In this document: piece by piece, positions 22,705 to 30,391 of the stretch
Position numbering within the stretch: position 1 is the first letter of the stretch
How the letters are laid out: the number at the start of each line of letters is the position of its first letter
The notes under the pieces: model-generated
The model's input: only the letters and a program-made list of their open reading frames with translations
What the model was told of the DNA's origin: nothing
Databases searched by the model: none
Assembly (NCBI GenBank): GCA_003056265.1
Contig: NBVN01000004.1
Coordinates: 120,001-152,000 of the forward strand
Direction of reading: 5' to 3'
Source: Zestosphaera tikiterensis
GTDB taxonomy: Archaea; Thermoproteota; Thermoprotei_A; Sulfolobales; NBVN01
DNA: 32,000 bases
Made by a program: the position numbers and the translations under genes

Positions 22705-23472
22705 CTAAGAAGATTCTATCGCCGCGTCTGGCACTGCGTCTTTAATTCTCTTAGATACCTCCTCCAGTATGTTACTTAGCTTTCTATAGTTTAATATATG
22801 TGTTTCCACAATGAATTCTAGCTTATCGCCCTTCATAGATGATAAACTTATGGTTGGTTCGGAAGCAAGGTCTTCTGCGACGGCTTTAAGGGATTTGAGA
22901 ATAGCCTCCCTAACAGCCTCAATACCTTGTCGGGCTGGTGCGATAACGCGTATTTTAACGGAGAGCCCTATAGGGGTGGAGCGATTCACTACCGTTGCGT
23001 TGATGATTTTTGTATATGGTATGAAGACCTTCTCCATCCTTTGTGTTTCCCCAATAATCTCTAGAGTGTTTAGCTCTATAACCCTAATGAATTCCCCGTC
23101 GATTTCCACCCAATCCCCCTTCCTAATAAAGCCTTTAGACCTTACGTAAAACTCAGCACCTATGTTTCTAAGCACGTCAGCAAACATCACTATGATGGCT
23201 AACCCTATGATTAACAACATTATGGAGAATGCTTGAGCCTCCGGCATTAAGATAGTCGCAACTATGATTAATGCCGACCCGTAAATCGTAAGCTTCGCTA
23301 TGCTTAACGCCCTAGCAACATAACCTTCCTCAATAGTCTTAAACATACCACGTAATATTCCCTCAAGCACTTTCGTTAATAACCATGAGGCTAGCAGTAC
23401 TATTATGGATGCTATAATCCTCGGCATTACTAAGTATAAACTCTCTGTAATCACATCTATGAAGGATTCCAT
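22705..23472 (-). CDS. small-conductance mechanosensitive channel (MscS family)
   Basis: It has three N-terminal TMs, then the MscS beta-domain motif KGDWVEIDGEFIRVIELNTLEIIGETQRMEKVFIPYTKIINATVVN. Confidence 0.8.
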   Translation of the reverse strand: MESFIDVITESLYLVMPRIIASIIVLLASWLLTKVLEGILRGMFKTIEEGYVARALSIAKLTIYGSALIIVATILMPEAQAFSIMLLIIGLAIIVMFADVLRNIGAEFYVRSKGFIRKGDWVEIDGEFIRVIELNTLEIIGETQRMEKVFIPYTKIINATVVNRSTPIGLSVKIRVIAPARQGIEAVREAILKSLKAVAEDLASEPTISLSSMKGDKLEFIVETHILNYRKLSNILEEVSKRIKDAVPDAAIESS

Positions 23473-23475
23473 ACA

Positions 23476-24210
23476 TCAACCCCCTGCGGTTCTAGGCATG
23501 GTTTTAAACATTCCTGAATACCTGTCAGCAGTGATTTCTTCATACTTTAGTAACGCCTTATTTATTAAGTCAACGTATTTAGGTAATTCACTATGCTTAC
23601 CTACCACTACGAGGATATCGCCTTGCTCAAGCACGTAGTCTTCCTCAACAACTACTCGCCCTACTTTATTGAACACTAAAAGCTTAACCGGCCTATCTTT
23701 TAATAAAGCGTTTAAATCGCCGATTTTAACACCCAACGTTCCTTTCTTCCACAGCCTATACATAGCTACTCCAAAATCTATGAACTCCACGATCCTCACT
23801 AATACCCAGGAATCTAACGACATAGCCGGCAGTAGATTTCCAACTACGTATTCATCTAGACCTATAACATACCTTAACCCCTCTTTAATAGCTAAATCTC
23901 TATTCACGCTTGCGTTTATCACTATGAAAACTAAAGGCACGCCCACAGCCTTAAGAATCCTAGCAGCAACTATGCTCTCTGAGTCTTCATTAAGTGCAAC
24001 TATACCGACATCACATATCCTGAGCTCCTCGTAAACGTAAAGCTCCTCAACACTACCTACCTTCTTAAAAACAGCGTTAACTTCCTTAGCCACGCTTTCA
24101 ACACCTGAATCAGGACTGAAAATATGAAAAGCCGTTGGGGTTTTAATTCTCCTCGCTAGCTCCACAACCGTTCTCCCAAACCTATCACTCACGACTACAG
24201 CTACCCTCAA
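23476..24210 (-). CDS. RCK/TrkA-C domain regulatory protein (degenerate N-terminal Rossmann-like domain)
   Basis: The C-terminal ~70 aa (LGVKIGDLNALLKDRPVKLLVFNKVGRVVVEEDYVLEQGDILVVVG) matches the TrkA-C pattern. The N-terminus VAVVVSDRFGRTVVELAR lacks a clean GxGxxG. The stop is 3 nt from the MscS start. Confidence 0.6.
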   Translation of the reverse strand: MRVAVVVSDRFGRTVVELARRIKTPTAFHIFSPDSGVESVAKEVNAVFKKVGSVEELYVYEELRICDVGIVALNEDSESIVAARILKAVGVPLVFIVINASVNRDLAIKEGLRYVIGLDEYVVGNLLPAMSLDSWVLVRIVEFIDFGVAMYRLWKKGTLGVKIGDLNALLKDRPVKLLVFNKVGRVVVEEDYVLEQGDILVVVGKHSELPKYVDLINKALLKYEEITADRYSGMFKTMPRTAGG

Positions 24211-24289
24211 GCAAACCCACCTTCCTACAACTACGTGAGCTACAACACCCTAATTTTAAGTCGTTACTCGTCTTAAAATATAAGACCTC

Positions 24290-24587
24290 CATCTCACGTT
24301 TCATCCGATCACGTCCTTCTCATTACCTTGAAGGATGAAGGAAATCTTCGTAGTGGTTCGACCTCCCTTCTTTTCAGTCATTCTCAATTATTCCCCCGCA
24401 TTCCAATGACTCTGGCCATCTATCATATTCGTTGGGTCTAAGCCTCCATTCTTAAGACATCGCTACCCAGCTTCCCTGAAGGTCTTGGGAACTCAATACT
24501 CACAATTACCTCATTACCTCGTATAAAGTCAAAACTAACTAAAAGCTTCCTTACCCTCACCTTAAAACGAGGCTTTCAGCTGTAAAT
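24290..24587 (-). repeat. decayed ~300-nt repeat ending in an LE-like terminus (copy B)
   Basis: The 3'-most 117 nt are collinear with copy A (13651-13762). The middle is similar to 4829-4915. The 12-mer TGAAGGATGAAG is shared with 25961-25972. The terminus is GGCTTTCAGCTGTAA. Confidence 0.65.
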
Positions 24588-24666
24588 GAAGAGGAATGTA
24601 CCTCCAGACTAATGGACTACCCTCCAGGGTAGGGAGGAAGTCAGTCTTACCCTTGAGGGACTTGAG

Positions 24667-24946
24667 ATGACCCTCTCTCCGCTCTGAAGGGCGGGGTTTC
24701 ACTGTTGGGTATTGAGCGATACCCCTCCTTAAGGGGGTTACGGGACACCTCCATTAATCATCGGCTTCGAAAGCCTCAAAACTTCGTGTGGGAGGCATAG
24801 TATGGGTTGTATGTATGCTTTAGTTGATATTGTTTGAGGTTTGCCTCCCACACACATTAAACATCATCACCAAAAATAAATTAGAAGAAACAACTTATAA
24901 ACCTTCCCATCCCCGCCTTTAAAGGCAAGGCTTTCAGTTGTAAAAC
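24667..24946 (-). mobile_element. 280-bp tnpB-less miniature derivative (MITE-like) of the TnpB element
   Basis: The minus strand starts GTTTTACAACTGAAAGCCTTGC, 22/22 identical to the IS left end. It has an internal perfect 12-bp hairpin (24786-24797 / 24842-24853). It ends with the conserved right-end module ...GGGTCAT. There is no coding capacity. Confidence 0.8.
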
Positions 24947-24997
24947 TCGTGGGGCGTTATAAGTTAGTTGGTATTTAATAGAATCGAGTGAATATAT

Positions 24998-25405
24998 GTG
25001 TTGGAGAAGGTAATGAATGAGTACTATGCTGACTTTTTAAGGAGGAGGGCAAAGGCTTTTCTCGAGAGTGCTCGTGCAGACTTTAGTAGAGGTGACCATG
25101 ACTTAGTACTCTTTCACGTTGAGCAATTCCTACAACTATACCTTAAGCATCTCATATATAAGAAGGTAGGTGATTACCCGAAAACTAATTCTTTGACTCA
25201 CCTTATGAAGCTCATTATGAAAATTTACAGTGATGAGAAGCTCAGCGAGTTTTATGAGAAGTACTTAGAGGTTCTCTACCTTCTTGAGGAGGCTTACATA
25301 AGTTCGAGATACTTACCAAGGCAATATGACAGAGAAATCGCGGAGAGGATTCTAAAGTTTGCTGAGAAAACGTTGGAGGTGTTGGAATGGCTGGAGAAAC
25401 ACTGA
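24998..25405 (+). CDS. HEPN-domain protein (toxin partner of a HEPN-MNT module)
   Basis: The protein is all-helical and 130-135 aa. The motifs ...YPKTNSLTHL... and ...EEAYISSRY.P are typical of PF05168-type HEPN proteins. The track start is GTG at 24998. The ATG at 25013, preceded by GGAGAAGG, is a plausible alternative. Confidence 0.75.
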   Translation: MLEKVMNEYYADFLRRRAKAFLESARADFSRGDHDLVLFHVEQFLQLYLKHLIYKKVGDYPKTNSLTHLMKLIMKIYSDEKLSEFYEKYLEVLYLLEEAYISSRYLPRQYDREIAERILKFAEKTLEVLEWLEKH

Positions 25406-25740
25406 TGGAGTTAGAGCTTGAGCTTCGGGAGACTTTGAAAAAGTACTATGAGAACCTCACAACCTACGTAAAGGAAATAAAGGATGTTGTTAAAAAGTAT
25501 GATCCTTCAGCTAAGGCCCTGATATTCGGTAGCGTCGTTAAAGGTTATGCTAGACCTGATAGCGATGTAGACGTACTTGTTATAACGGAAATCGCTAGGA
25601 ACGTAAGCAGTAGGTTGATGCTAAGAGTGGAAATAGCGAGGAGAGTAGGGGTTTACACACCATTCGAGATTCACATAGTTACGTGGGAAGAGTACAGAAG
25701 TTGGTACGAGAAGTTCATAGACAAGTACGAAGAGGTTTAA
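25387..25740 (+). CDS. minimal nucleotidyltransferase (MNT, Pol-beta superfamily; antitoxin partner)
   Basis: The G-S-x9-11-D-x-D motif is present as FGSVVKGYARPDSDVDVLV. The protein is 117 aa. It overlaps the HEPN gene by 19 nt. Confidence 0.85.
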   Translation: MAGETLMELELELRETLKKYYENLTTYVKEIKDVVKKYDPSAKALIFGSVVKGYARPDSDVDVLVITEIARNVSSRLMLRVEIARRVGVYTPFEIHIVTWEEYRSWYEKFIDKYEEV

Positions 25741-26478
25741 GCCGTATCGTCCTCTATGTATTTCATCGATATTCTTAAATGTTTTTAATTTCTTTCTATT
25801 TTAAAGTTTATATGTTAGAAGTAAGTATTATTTTTGGGGTTGATGCGGGGGTTTATCCACCTGTAGGGTAGGTGGATCCCTAAGGAAAATAACGTAGAGA
25901 TTGGGGAAGATTTGAAGCGTGTGCGGGGGTGCCCGGGGTCGTCCCTAAGAGCTTCTGCTGTGAAGGATGAAGCCAGACGGAGCGGAGGAACAAAAAAATG
26001 AAGGGATGAAGAAAGTGATTAGGAGTATCGTTCAGACCCGAACCCTACAGAGGTCTGATCCTATGTTTGTCTTCATTCCTCATGGTTTTCCTCCACACCC
26101 GTTTTTCGAGAGCTTGGCTTCACTGCCTTAGACTCCCGCATTGCTTCGCTAAACTCCCTTAAGCGAATGTGGAGGGGTTTAGGGTTCTTCATCCTTACCT
26201 CACGACTGCTCATCGATCGTCAACCAACATAGAACCAACCCTAACGAGCTAAAGCGTATTCCAGAAGGCCTAAGAAGAGTGGGAAGTCCTTGATGATGAG
26301 GGTGTAGACTTAGCGAAATTATCAGCAATTTAAGTTGTTAGAGTGTTGGAGAAACACCGTCCTTCGAGATGATGAGAGTTTGTTTGTGCGGTAGTAGATC
26401 TTTAACAAATGTGTTGTTGATTTTATGGGGTTTACTCGCAGGTGCTGCTCTTAAAGTAAGTAGGTATTTAATTTAGGG

Positions 26479-27195
26479 TTGGCGGAGGTGTTTGAGAGGT
26501 ATTTAAGGCAGGTTGAGGTTTTAGGGTTTGAAGGGCAGGAAAAACTTCGTAGGGCTAAAGTAGTCGTTGTTGGTGTTGGTGGTTTAGGTTCTGTAGTTTC
26601 TTTATATCTTACGGCTGCTGGTGTTGGTGAGTTGGTTTTAGTTGATAACGGTTATTTAGAACTCAGTAACTTAAATAGGCAGATACTATATAATGAGGAA
26701 GACTTAGGCAAGCCTAAAGCTTTAACCGCAGCTGAAAAACTCAGTAAGTTAAATAGTGAAGTTAGAGTTCGAGGGATTCAAGCAGATGTAGGTAGTGAGG
26801 AAGTAGTTGATGAGGTGAGGTCAGCTACGTTAGTAATTGATTGCTTAGATAATTGGAGGTCTCGATTGATTTTAGATAAGATAGCTTGGGATAGTAAGAA
26901 ACCTTTAATCCATGGAGGCATATCCGAATTCTACGGTCAAGTAACAACTATAGTTCCGGAGGTGACTACATGTCTTAAATGCCTTCTAGGGATAGATGAG
27001 AAGGTACGAGAGGAGAAACCACCGCAGGTTCTAGGCCCGACGCCTGGTGTGGTTGGAGCTATTGAAGCTATGGAAGCTATAAAGTACTTAACTGGGAGGG
27101 GGGAGCTCCTCATCAATAAACTCTTGGTGATAGACTTAAAAAGAATGGAATTTACGACGTTAAAGATCTTCGGTAGAGAAAACTGCACATGTTAA
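26479..27195 (+). CDS. ThiF/MoeB/HesA-family E1-like adenylyltransferase
   Basis: The Rossmann motif is VVVVGVGGLGSVVSLYLTAAGVGELVLVD, followed by LSNLNRQ and a CLKC zinc motif. The 238-aa protein has no rhodanese domain. The start is TTG at 26479 or GTG at 26488. Confidence 0.85.
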   Translation: MAEVFERYLRQVEVLGFEGQEKLRRAKVVVVGVGGLGSVVSLYLTAAGVGELVLVDNGYLELSNLNRQILYNEEDLGKPKALTAAEKLSKLNSEVRVRGIQADVGSEEVVDEVRSATLVIDCLDNWRSRLILDKIAWDSKKPLIHGGISEFYGQVTTIVPEVTTCLKCLLGIDEKVREEKPPQVLGPTPGVVGAIEAMEAIKYLTGRGELLINKLLVIDLKRMEFTTLKIFGRENCTC

Positions 27196-27301
27196 GAAAA
27201 ACAACGTAAGTGCTGACTCCCTCCTTAACAACCTCGCGAGAATAAAAGCTTTAAGTCCATGCAGGTGTTGGGGGAGGTAGCTGAAACCCAACTTTCAAGA
27301 A

Positions 27302-27583
27302 ATGCTTAAGAAGTTCTGTAGGGTTGGTGGAGCCGTAACGATGGATTATATAGCTAATTCCTTAGGGGTTAGCTTAGATGAGGTGCAGACGTTTATATCT
27401 GTGCTCTTAGCTGAAGGACTTATCGATGAAGTGGTTGTTGAGGATTTAAACGCATGTGTTAAATGCCCGTTAAGGAGTTTCTGTTTAGGATGTAACTATG
27501 CTCAGGGTTTAAGCCCCTCTAAACTAAAACACTATAGACTTACTGAGAAAGGCTTAAAAATCTGCGATTCTTTAAGGGATTAA
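27302..27583 (+). CDS. small winged-helix protein with C-x2-C-x5-C-x2-C cluster (FeoC-like architecture)
   Basis: MDYIANSLGVSLDEVQTFISVLLAEGLI is HTH-like. It is followed by CVKCPLRSFCLGC. No in-frame start lies upstream, because a stop occurs at 27278. The FeoC analogy is by pattern only. Confidence 0.45.
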   Translation: MLKKFCRVGGAVTMDYIANSLGVSLDEVQTFISVLLAEGLIDEVVVEDLNACVKCPLRSFCLGCNYAQGLSPSKLKHYRLTEKGLKICDSLRD

Positions 27584-28861
27584 AACCTCCTCACCGTTGC
27601 TCGGTAGGGATACAGAGTCTAAACCTATGATCTCCTCTATCCTCCGCTTAAACTCTAGACCTACGTCTTCGTTTGTATGCACTATGATCACGTGTCCCAA
27701 CCCCTTAACGTTCTTAGCTATTTCTAAAAGCCCATCCACGCCCGCGTGACTTGAAAAATCAAACCATTGAACCCTAGCCCTAACCCTACCAACGTCTTCT
27801 AAGGGGGTTCCCTCCTCCAGCAACGCCCTCCCAGGGGTTTTAGGTGCTTGATATGAGACGAGGAAGACGGCGTTTTTAGGGTTGTCTGAAAGCCTCTTTA
27901 AGTAGTATTGCGCTGGACCTCCTTTAAGCATGCCGGCTGAAGCAACCACTACGGAACCCTCACTTTGAACTATCCTCCTTCTCTGAGAAGGTTTAGTCAC
28001 GGCTTTAAATTCCTTCATAGACTTGACTAAGACGTCATATTTATTTATGAATTCAGGGTAGCTAACTAACACGTCATATATCTGCCTTATCATGCCGTCG
28101 TAGAATACGTCCCCACCAAACCTTTCGTAAAGAAGCCCTAGGATTTCTTGAGACCTACCTAAGCTGAAAGCAGGTATTAAAACGTTTCCTCCGGAGTCCG
28201 TAACCTCCTTAACGGAGTCTATGAACTCCTTCTCAACGACTTCCCTAGGGGGGTGTTTAACGTTGCCGTAAGTGCCTTCAATCACCAACACCTCAGCTTC
28301 AACTCCTTCGTAATTAGCTTTAGATACGAGCCTCGTGTCTATAGTGTTTACATCGCCGGTGTATAATATCTTACGACCGTTGACCTCCACGTGAATCATC
28401 GCACTACCTGGTATGTGACCTGCGTTCAACAACTTAACTGTGAACTCACCCACGCAGCATTCAACGTTGTAGGAAGCCTCTATCGAGTTATCAAGCATGC
28501 TTAACATATCCAACTCCTCGAAAGGTAGGTAGTAACCTGAAATCTTAATGAAGTCTTTAAGCATCACCTCACTCAACGCTTTAGTCATGGGGGTCATAAC
28601 CGCCGGCAACTTAACACTTGAGTAAAGCATTGGAGCACTACCTACGTGATCTAAATGCGCGTGTGATATGGCTAAGCCAGCAACCTCAGAAGGTTTTAAA
28701 TGCTCCGGGAATTGAGGCTCATCATTCTCGTTAAAGTTAACTCCATAATCAAGAAGTAGGAACCTACCTTCACCGTATCTTAACGCTACAGCAGCCCTAC
28801 CTACTTCCCTACCACCACCTAAAACTTTAACCTTCAACACTTCACCTATCCTCTCACTCAA
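27572..28861 (-). CDS. beta-CASP metallo-beta-lactamase RNase (aCPSF2-like, COG1236)
   Basis: The MBL motif is SHAHLDHVG. The 429-aa length and beta-CASP-type C-terminal half (...FSSHAG...) fit the aCPSF2 group, which lacks N-terminal KH domains. Confidence 0.8.
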   Translation of the reverse strand: MSERIGEVLKVKVLGGGREVGRAAVALRYGEGRFLLLDYGVNFNENDEPQFPEHLKPSEVAGLAISHAHLDHVGSAPMLYSSVKLPAVMTPMTKALSEVMLKDFIKISGYYLPFEELDMLSMLDNSIEASYNVECCVGEFTVKLLNAGHIPGSAMIHVEVNGRKILYTGDVNTIDTRLVSKANYEGVEAEVLVIEGTYGNVKHPPREVVEKEFIDSVKEVTDSGGNVLIPAFSLGRSQEILGLLYERFGGDVFYDGMIRQIYDVLVSYPEFINKYDVLVKSMKEFKAVTKPSQRRRIVQSEGSVVVASAGMLKGGPAQYYLKRLSDNPKNAVFLVSYQAPKTPGRALLEEGTPLEDVGRVRARVQWFDFSSHAGVDGLLEIAKNVKGLGHVIIVHTNEDVGLEFKRRIEEIIGLDSVSLPSNGEEVLIP

Positions 28862-28908
28862 TCTTATTTATGTAAGTTCTTATATCCCTAAGAACATTTA
28901 AGTTTTAG

Positions 28909-29283
28909 GTGGTCGGTCTGTACCCTATAAACCCAAGGGAAATGAAGAAAATGATGAAGAAGTTAGGCATTGATGTAGAGGAGTTAAGCGATGTTCTATC
29001 CGTTACTATAGAGTTGAAGGATAAGGAGTTAGTGATTAAAAACCCTCAAGTAACGGTTATGAAGTTTCAAGGCCAGAAGATCTATCAAGTCGTGGGGACT
29101 GCTGAGGAAGTCTTAACTAAGGAAGCGGTTATTGAGGAGAAACCAAGTAGGTATACGGAAGAGGACGTCAGGTTCGTAATGGAGCAGACAGGCGTTAGTA
29201 GGGAGAGGGCTTTAGAAGCTTTAGAAAGGTCTGGAGGGGATATAGCTCAAGCGATACTGCTGTTAAGTGAGGGAAGGAGTTAA
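28909..29283 (+). CDS. nac: nascent polypeptide-associated complex protein (NAC alpha homologue)
   Basis: The N-terminus INPREMKKMMKKLGI matches the conserved archaeal NAC start and supports the GTG at 28909. A NAC beta-barrel region follows, then a C-terminal UBA-like segment (SRERALEALERSGGDIAQAILLL). Confidence 0.85.
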   Translation: MVGLYPINPREMKKMMKKLGIDVEELSDVLSVTIELKDKELVIKNPQVTVMKFQGQKIYQVVGTAEEVLTKEAVIEEKPSRYTEEDVRFVMEQTGVSRERALEALERSGGDIAQAILLLSEGRS

Positions 29284-29573
29284 GTAGTTGCTAAAGCGTT
29301 CCTCAGACCACGGTATTCCTTGATATTTTTCAATTGCTTTTAGTTCCGTGGTCTGGTTCATCACGTTTCCTCTCGGAGCCCCTCACCGCAGTAGCTCTGC
29401 TCTAGTTGCCTAGAGCTTCAAAGCCCTACGGATCTCGGAACCCCGAGGTCACCGACACATTTATAAATTAAATAGCTTATAAAGTTTTTCAGATTGGATA
29501 GGCACACAACATCAGCATACATAATAGCTAAAAGACTGTTCACAACAAGTAATTAAGACTTATTCACAATATC

Positions 29574-30305
29574 TTAAGGTTTCAATACCTTAGAAACAGC
29601 CCTTAAAGAGTTGACTAAGTCTTCAACGCTTGATTTTAAAGAGAGGATTAAAGGTATTCCCTCCCTATCGGCGAGCCTTACGGCTAACGGATCCACCCTC
29701 TTAGTTCCATGAAGAACTACTACCGAAGGCTTTACCGGGCTTACCCTAACGGCTATCATAGGCGAGCGTCCAGTACTTACCTTAGTAAATATTAAAGCTC
29801 TTCTCGTTGTCGTCCCCATTATCTGCCAGAATTCGTTACCGCTTAACTTCTCAATAGCTTCAATGCTGTCTATGACTGTATAGCCGTAGATCTCTAAATC
29901 CTTCGGTATGGATCCATTAACTACGAAACCCTCCACAGCCGTTAAGAGGTCGTCAATTCTTAACGGTGTGTTAAACTCTTTAATATCTATTAAAACCCCT
30001 ATATTTATGTTTAGGGAGTTCGCCAACTGTTTAATTACTTGATAATCTCTGCTAGCGTCTAAACTTATTAAAGACTCAACAAACCTCCTTAAGAACCTAA
30101 CCCCAGGTGATCTCCTACCCTTCTCATAATCGCTGATTACTGAAGCGCTAACACCCATTAAAACACCTATCTCCTGCTGAGTTAGCTTGAAGGTTTCACG
30201 CCACCGCCTAAGTGCGGCACCGCAATCCCTACTCATAGCGATGTCTCCAGCTATGCGTTGAGCTATTAACTCAATCACATACTTACTAATAGGCAGAGCG
30301 TTCAC
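29574..30305 (-). CDS. XRE-type HTH transcriptional regulator with C-terminal domain (COG1395-like)
   Basis: The HTH_3 motif is LTQQEIGVLMGVSASVISDYEKGRRSP. It is followed by a ~150-aa conserved archaeal C-terminal domain. Confidence 0.7.
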   Translation of the reverse strand: MNALPISKYVIELIAQRIAGDIAMSRDCGAALRRWRETFKLTQQEIGVLMGVSASVISDYEKGRRSPGVRFLRRFVESLISLDASRDYQVIKQLANSLNINIGVLIDIKEFNTPLRIDDLLTAVEGFVVNGSIPKDLEIYGYTVIDSIEAIEKLSGNEFWQIMGTTTRRALIFTKVSTGRSPMIAVRVSPVKPSVVVLHGTKRVDPLAVRLADREGIPLILSLKSSVEDLVNSLRAVSKVLKP

Positions 30306-30391
30306 ACCATTTAAATAGGGTAGTTAAAACTAAAAACTTTAACTTAGGTGGTTAACCCAAAATAGTTAATTGGATGCGTTAACAGCGGTAG

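Noticed and set aside
16922-24034. Other antisense track ORFs: 16922-17266, 18094-18342, 20862-21155, 22811-23149, 23405-23638 and 23669-24034.
   Set aside because: Each lies within a longer, motif-supported gene on the opposite strand.
25836-26300. RNase P RNA or SRP (7S) RNA in the long ORF-free region. GGGAAGTCC at 26281-26289 resembles CR-I GGAAAGUCC, and GAAGGATGAAGCCAGAC vaguely resembles SRP helix 8.
   Set aside because: No matching P4 3' strand or ACAGAA-type CR-IV/V elements are present. There is no SRP helix-8 GNAR context. The same short motifs recur in other intergenic repeats of this window, which argues for repeat debris rather than a single-copy housekeeping RNA.
26291-26375. 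TGATGATGA (26291-26299) and GATGATGA (26368-26375) as C boxes.
   Set aside because: There is no CTGA at the required 12-nt distance on either strand.
26369-26476. A 35-aa ORF (MMRVCLCGSRSLTNVLLILWGLLAGAALKVSRYLI) ending 2 nt before the ThiF-like start.
   Set aside because: It is very short, with a single hydrophobic stretch and no supporting signal. It may deserve a Ribo-seq look, but it is not supportable from sequence alone.
29311-29363. A minus-strand C/D-box reading (GTGATGA ... CTGA) of the nac-downstream hairpin.
   Set aside because: There are 51 nt between the boxes and no credible C'/D' boxes. The two would-be guides are complementary to each other, and the CTG of the D box is part of the 10-bp stem. 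It is better described as a simple hairpin.
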